A DNA stretch of 13,170 nucleotides from Candidatus Sericytochromatia bacterium (GTDB lineage Bacteria > Cyanobacteriota > Sericytochromatia > S15B-MN24 > UBA4093), in contig JAKFBU010000046.1 in NCBI GenBank assembly GCA_036676985.1, forward strand, positions 1 to 13,170. The letters run 5' to 3'. Shown piece by piece: positions 10,289 to 13,170 of the stretch. How positions within the stretch are numbered: position 1 is the first letter of the stretch; each line of letters starts with the position of its first letter. The notes under the pieces are model-generated. The model had not been told where the DNA came from. It did not search any database and was given only the letters and a program-made list of their open reading frames with translations. Both the position numbers and the translations under genes were made by a program.

Positions 10289-11014
10289 TTACTGGCCGAA
10301 CAGACCGGTCGCGAGGTCCATGTCGACCCCGATGAACGTCAGGTTGGCGTTGCTGTCCGTGTGGTGGAAGTAGTGGCCGACGCTGAGGTAGGCGTTGGGC
10401 GCCACGCCGTAGGTCAAGTAGACGTTGGAGCCCGAGATCGACGTGGTGCCGGTCATGTGGTCCACCGCGAGGCCGGCCCGATCGCCGATCGGATAGAAGA
10501 CGCCGCCCATCACGCCCATCTGGGAGGCCGTGGTCGTGTCGCTGGGCATGGTGTTGTAGTAGCCGATCGTCCAGCTGCCGAGCGAGAAGCCGCCGAGGCC
10601 GAGCTCCTTGGTGAGCGAGGCGTAGGTGACGTTCTCCGAGGGACCGTTCGTGTTGAAGAGGTTGAGGCCGCCGATCGACAGGGCCGGCAGGAGCTCGCCC
10701 TCGCCGATAAGCTGGAGCTTGCCGTTGAAGACCTCGTTGCTCCCGTAGGTGTCGATGCCGAGCTCCAGGGCGCCGATCCCCGACAGGTCGCCGAAGGAGA
10801 GGCCGGGCAGCGCACCGAAGGTCAAGCCGTCCTGGATGAAGGGCGTGCGGTTGGGCGTGACGTAGGTGTAGACACCGATGTGGAGGTTACCCGGGGCGGT
10901 GACCTTGCCCGTCGGCACGTTCCAGATGGCCGTCGGGTAAGCAGCAGCGGGGCCGGCAGACAGGGTGGCCAGAGCGGCCATGGTGCCAGCCGCGATCAAC
11001 GTCCGTTTCAACAT
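10289..11014 (-). CDS. Secreted hypothetical protein, probable outer-membrane beta-barrel
   Basis: Signal peptide MLKRTLIAAGTMAALATLSAGPAAA. Gly/aromatic-rich alternating strands (SNVYLTYGV, AYLSVGHY, TFIGVDMDL). SD AAGGGAG and host-like codon usage. Confidence 0.75.
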   Translation of the reverse strand: MLKRTLIAAGTMAALATLSAGPAAAYPTAIWNVPTGKVTAPGNLHIGVYTYVTPNRTPFIQDGLTFGALPGLSFGDLSGIGALELGIDTYGSNEVFNGKLQLIGEGELLPALSIGGLNLFNTNGPSENVTYASLTKELGLGGFSLGSWTIGYYNTMPSDTTTASQMGVMGGVFYPIGDRAGLAVDHMTGTTSISGSNVYLTYGVAPNAYLSVGHYFHHTDSNANLTFIGVDMDLATGLFGQ

Positions 11015-11209
11015 TCAAGCTCCCTTATAGCGAGGCGATAAACGACGGTGCGACGCCCCCGACCGGGTCGGGACTCTTGGGGGGCGCCGGTTCTCTCTGC
11101 TTATTCCCCCGTGGCGGCAAACTAAGCAAGGGTTTTCGTGAAATGAGGGGGCGGGCGCCGAAATCGCCTGAGAGGCAAGTCGGGAGGTTTCGCCGACGAT
11201 AACCTCTCC

Positions 11210-12127
11210 ATGACGAAACGATATCGTTCGCTTTACTTCCTGCCCCTGCTGCTGGGCCTGGTGGGCTGCCATGCGCCCGCCACCGCGCTCACGGCGGTCG
11301 AGCAATCGGCCCGGGCGGCGGATAATGGCACGATCTCGGGCGACGTCCGGCGCCACGAGGGCTTCGCGTCCAAGCACCTCAGCGAGAAGCGGGACCTCTG
11401 GGTCTACCTGCCGCCCGGTTATTCCGAGAACACGCGCGATCGCTACCCCGTGCTCTACATGCACGACGGCAACAACCTCTTCGACGCGCGCACAGCCTTC
11501 ATGGGCAATGAGTGGCACGTGGACGAGACCGCCGAGCGCCTCATCCGCTCGGGCGAGCTGCCGCCCCTCATCATCGTGGGCGTCTCCAACACGCCCGCGC
11601 GCCTCGACGAGTACACCTGGCAGCGCGGCGAGGTGCAGGGCAAGCCCATGGGCGGCAAGGGCCCGCAGTACGCGCGCATGCTGGTGGAAGAGGTGAAGCC
11701 CTTCATCGACAAGACGTACCGGACCAAGCGCGATCGCGCCAACACGGGCGTCATGGGCTCGTCGCTCGGCGGCCTCATCTCCCTCTACCTGGCCCGGAAC
11801 AACGGGGACACCTTCGGCAAGATCGGGGCCATGTCCCCTTCGGTCTGGTGGAGCCAGCGCGCGGTGCTCGCGGACCTGAAGGGCCTGCGGACCGACGACC
11901 GGATCTGGGTCGACATGGGCACCCAGGAGGGCAGCGACCCCCAGGAGATGCTCGATGACGCGCGGGCCCTCAAGCGCACGCTCCTGGGCTTCGGCTACGT
12001 CTCCGGCCGCTCGCTCCAGTACGTGGAAGACGAAGGAGCGGGCCACAACGAGGCCGCCTGGGCCAATCGCACCCCGTACGCCCTGCGCTTCCTCTTCGGC
12101 ACGGCCTCCAAGCAAGTGGTAGAGTAA
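11210..12127 (+). CDS. Alpha/beta-hydrolase esterase (Fes/IroE-like putative esterase family), predicted lipoprotein
   Basis: VYLPPGY, RYPVLYMHDGNNLF, nucleophile elbow GSSLGG, SPSVWW, DMGTQE, catalytic GHNE. Lipobox LVGC. Confidence 0.88.
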   Translation: MTKRYRSLYFLPLLLGLVGCHAPATALTAVEQSARAADNGTISGDVRRHEGFASKHLSEKRDLWVYLPPGYSENTRDRYPVLYMHDGNNLFDARTAFMGNEWHVDETAERLIRSGELPPLIIVGVSNTPARLDEYTWQRGEVQGKPMGGKGPQYARMLVEEVKPFIDKTYRTKRDRANTGVMGSSLGGLISLYLARNNGDTFGKIGAMSPSVWWSQRAVLADLKGLRTDDRIWVDMGTQEGSDPQEMLDDARALKRTLLGFGYVSGRSLQYVEDEGAGHNEAAWANRTPYALRFLFGTASKQVVE

Positions 12128-12159
12128 TGAATTCCGTGTTCACTGATAAAGGTCCGACC

Positions 12160-12855
12160 ATGCGCCACCTCCTCACCGTCCTCGTCGCCCTCTCCCTGAC
12201 GGGCTGCGGCCTCGCGCCGAATTCCAGCCAGCGCCTCGCCACGGAGCGGCAGGCCCTCCTCAAGGCCCGCTCGCTCACCTCCGAGTCCCTGTATCCCGCC
12301 GACCTCGGCACCCGCTGGCGCTACCGCACCATGGCCCGCTCTGGCGACGGCCCCGAGCGCCCCGGCGCCGAGCAGGTCTTCACCATCGTGCAGGCCGAGA
12401 CGGCCTCGGGCTCCCACCAGGCGGTCATGGAGCGGCGGTTCGGCGATCGCCCGATGCTGCCCACGCTCATCGTTCGAAACGCCGAGGGCGTGACGTTGTC
12501 GCGCTACCTGCGCCCGGAGGACGGCTCCCTCACGGTCCTCAAGTGGCCTCTGACGCCGGGCATGAGCTGGGCTGGCCGCACCTGGCCCCAGGCCCAGGAG
12601 ACCATCACCTACGAGGGCACGCAGTCCGTCACCGTCCCCGCGGGCACCTACACCGCGGCCAAGCTGGAGCACCGCATCCAGTACAAGACGGGCAACGTGG
12701 ACCAGCTGCACTACTGGTACGCGCCCGGGTTCGGCATGGTCAAGGCAGTCGAGGGCCTTACCGTCGATCTGGGCCAGGGTCCGGTGAAGCACCAGGTAAC
12801 CTGCGAGCTCACGTCTTTCGAGACCGCCACGGGATCGGTGGGCCTGCAACCCTGA
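12160..12855 (+). CDS. Uncharacterised lipoprotein (beta-rich, VTVPAGT/WYAPG.G.VK motifs)
   Basis: Start placed at ATG 12160 (AAAGGT upstream), giving MRHLLTVLVALSLTGC with lipobox LTGC. Motifs LYP...GTRWRY, VTVPAGTY and YWYAPGFGMVK. ATG 12127 is an alternative start. Confidence 0.78.
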   Translation: MRHLLTVLVALSLTGCGLAPNSSQRLATERQALLKARSLTSESLYPADLGTRWRYRTMARSGDGPERPGAEQVFTIVQAETASGSHQAVMERRFGDRPMLPTLIVRNAEGVTLSRYLRPEDGSLTVLKWPLTPGMSWAGRTWPQAQETITYEGTQSVTVPAGTYTAAKLEHRIQYKTGNVDQLHYWYAPGFGMVKAVEGLTVDLGQGPVKHQVTCELTSFETATGSVGLQP

Positions 12856-12911
12856 CGAATCGGCGGGACCGGTGAAGCGGCCCGCCGCCGTTGCTCTCGA
12901 CAGCGCCCAGC

Positions 12912-12960
12912 AAGAAACGAGCGAGGCTCCCCTGCCCGGGAACCTCGCTCGATTGTTGTT
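12912..12960. terminator. Probable bidirectional terminator between convergent genes
   Basis: Stem 12918-12931/12938-12951 (fully paired with one G-U on the minus strand). It is followed by TTTCTT on the minus strand and ATTGTTGTT on the plus strand. Confidence 0.75.
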
Positions 12961-12969
12961 CCTAGGCGG

Positions 12970-13170
12970 CTAGACCCGCTCCGCGAGCGAGAGGGGGCGG
13001 CCGATGCGCACCTCCAGCTGCCGCGAGTCGGCGTTCAGCTTGAAAAGGGCGACGGCCTCCAGGAGCCCCGCCGCCTGGCCCTGCAGCTCGGTGGCGGACT
13101 GGGCGATGAGCGTCGTGGCGCTCGCCGCCTCGCGGGCCGAGCGGTTCATGCTCTCGACGGCCTTGACCAC
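12970..13170 (-). CDS. 3' end of a second methyl-accepting chemotaxis protein (partial)
   Basis: VVKAVESMNRSAREAASATTLIAQSATELQGQAAGLLEAVALFK aligns by eye with the MCP tail at 1-253. Stop is TAG at 12970-12972. Confidence 0.75.
   Translation of the reverse strand: MVKAVESMNRSAREAASATTLIAQSATELQGQAAGLLEAVALFKLNADSRQLEVRIGRPLSLAERV

Noticed and set aside
11040-11209. Possible riboswitch in the divergent intergenic region (several GC-rich hairpins, GAGGTT/AACCTC near the esterase start)
   Set aside because: No match to a riboswitch consensus that I can recognise. Short hairpins are expected at this GC content. An Rfam scan would settle it.

Overview
GC-rich bacterial chromosomal region bracketed by two partial methyl-accepting chemotaxis genes. 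Most of it is ordinary: a sufBCDSU-nfu-rrf2 Fe-S assembly operon (2472-8791) with a clear sigma70 promoter, candidate operator and terminator, then a TetA-like MFS exporter, a secreted beta-rich protein, a lipoprotein esterase and an uncharacterised lipoprotein. The highlight is an AT-richer insert (~254-2330) carrying a DRT2-type antiphage module: a promoter, a structured ~285-nt ncRNA (~347-630) and a YCDD reverse transcriptase (637-1926). The ncRNA appears to hide a gene that exists only after repeated reverse transcription. Head-to-tail copies of the antisense of 401-523 (123 nt) would create a TTGACT-17 nt-TAGAAT promoter across the junction and a stop-free 41-aa repeat ORF (Neo-like). 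The DRT2 mechanism is known from Klebsiella. The repeat boundaries and peptide here were inferred by hand and need testing.
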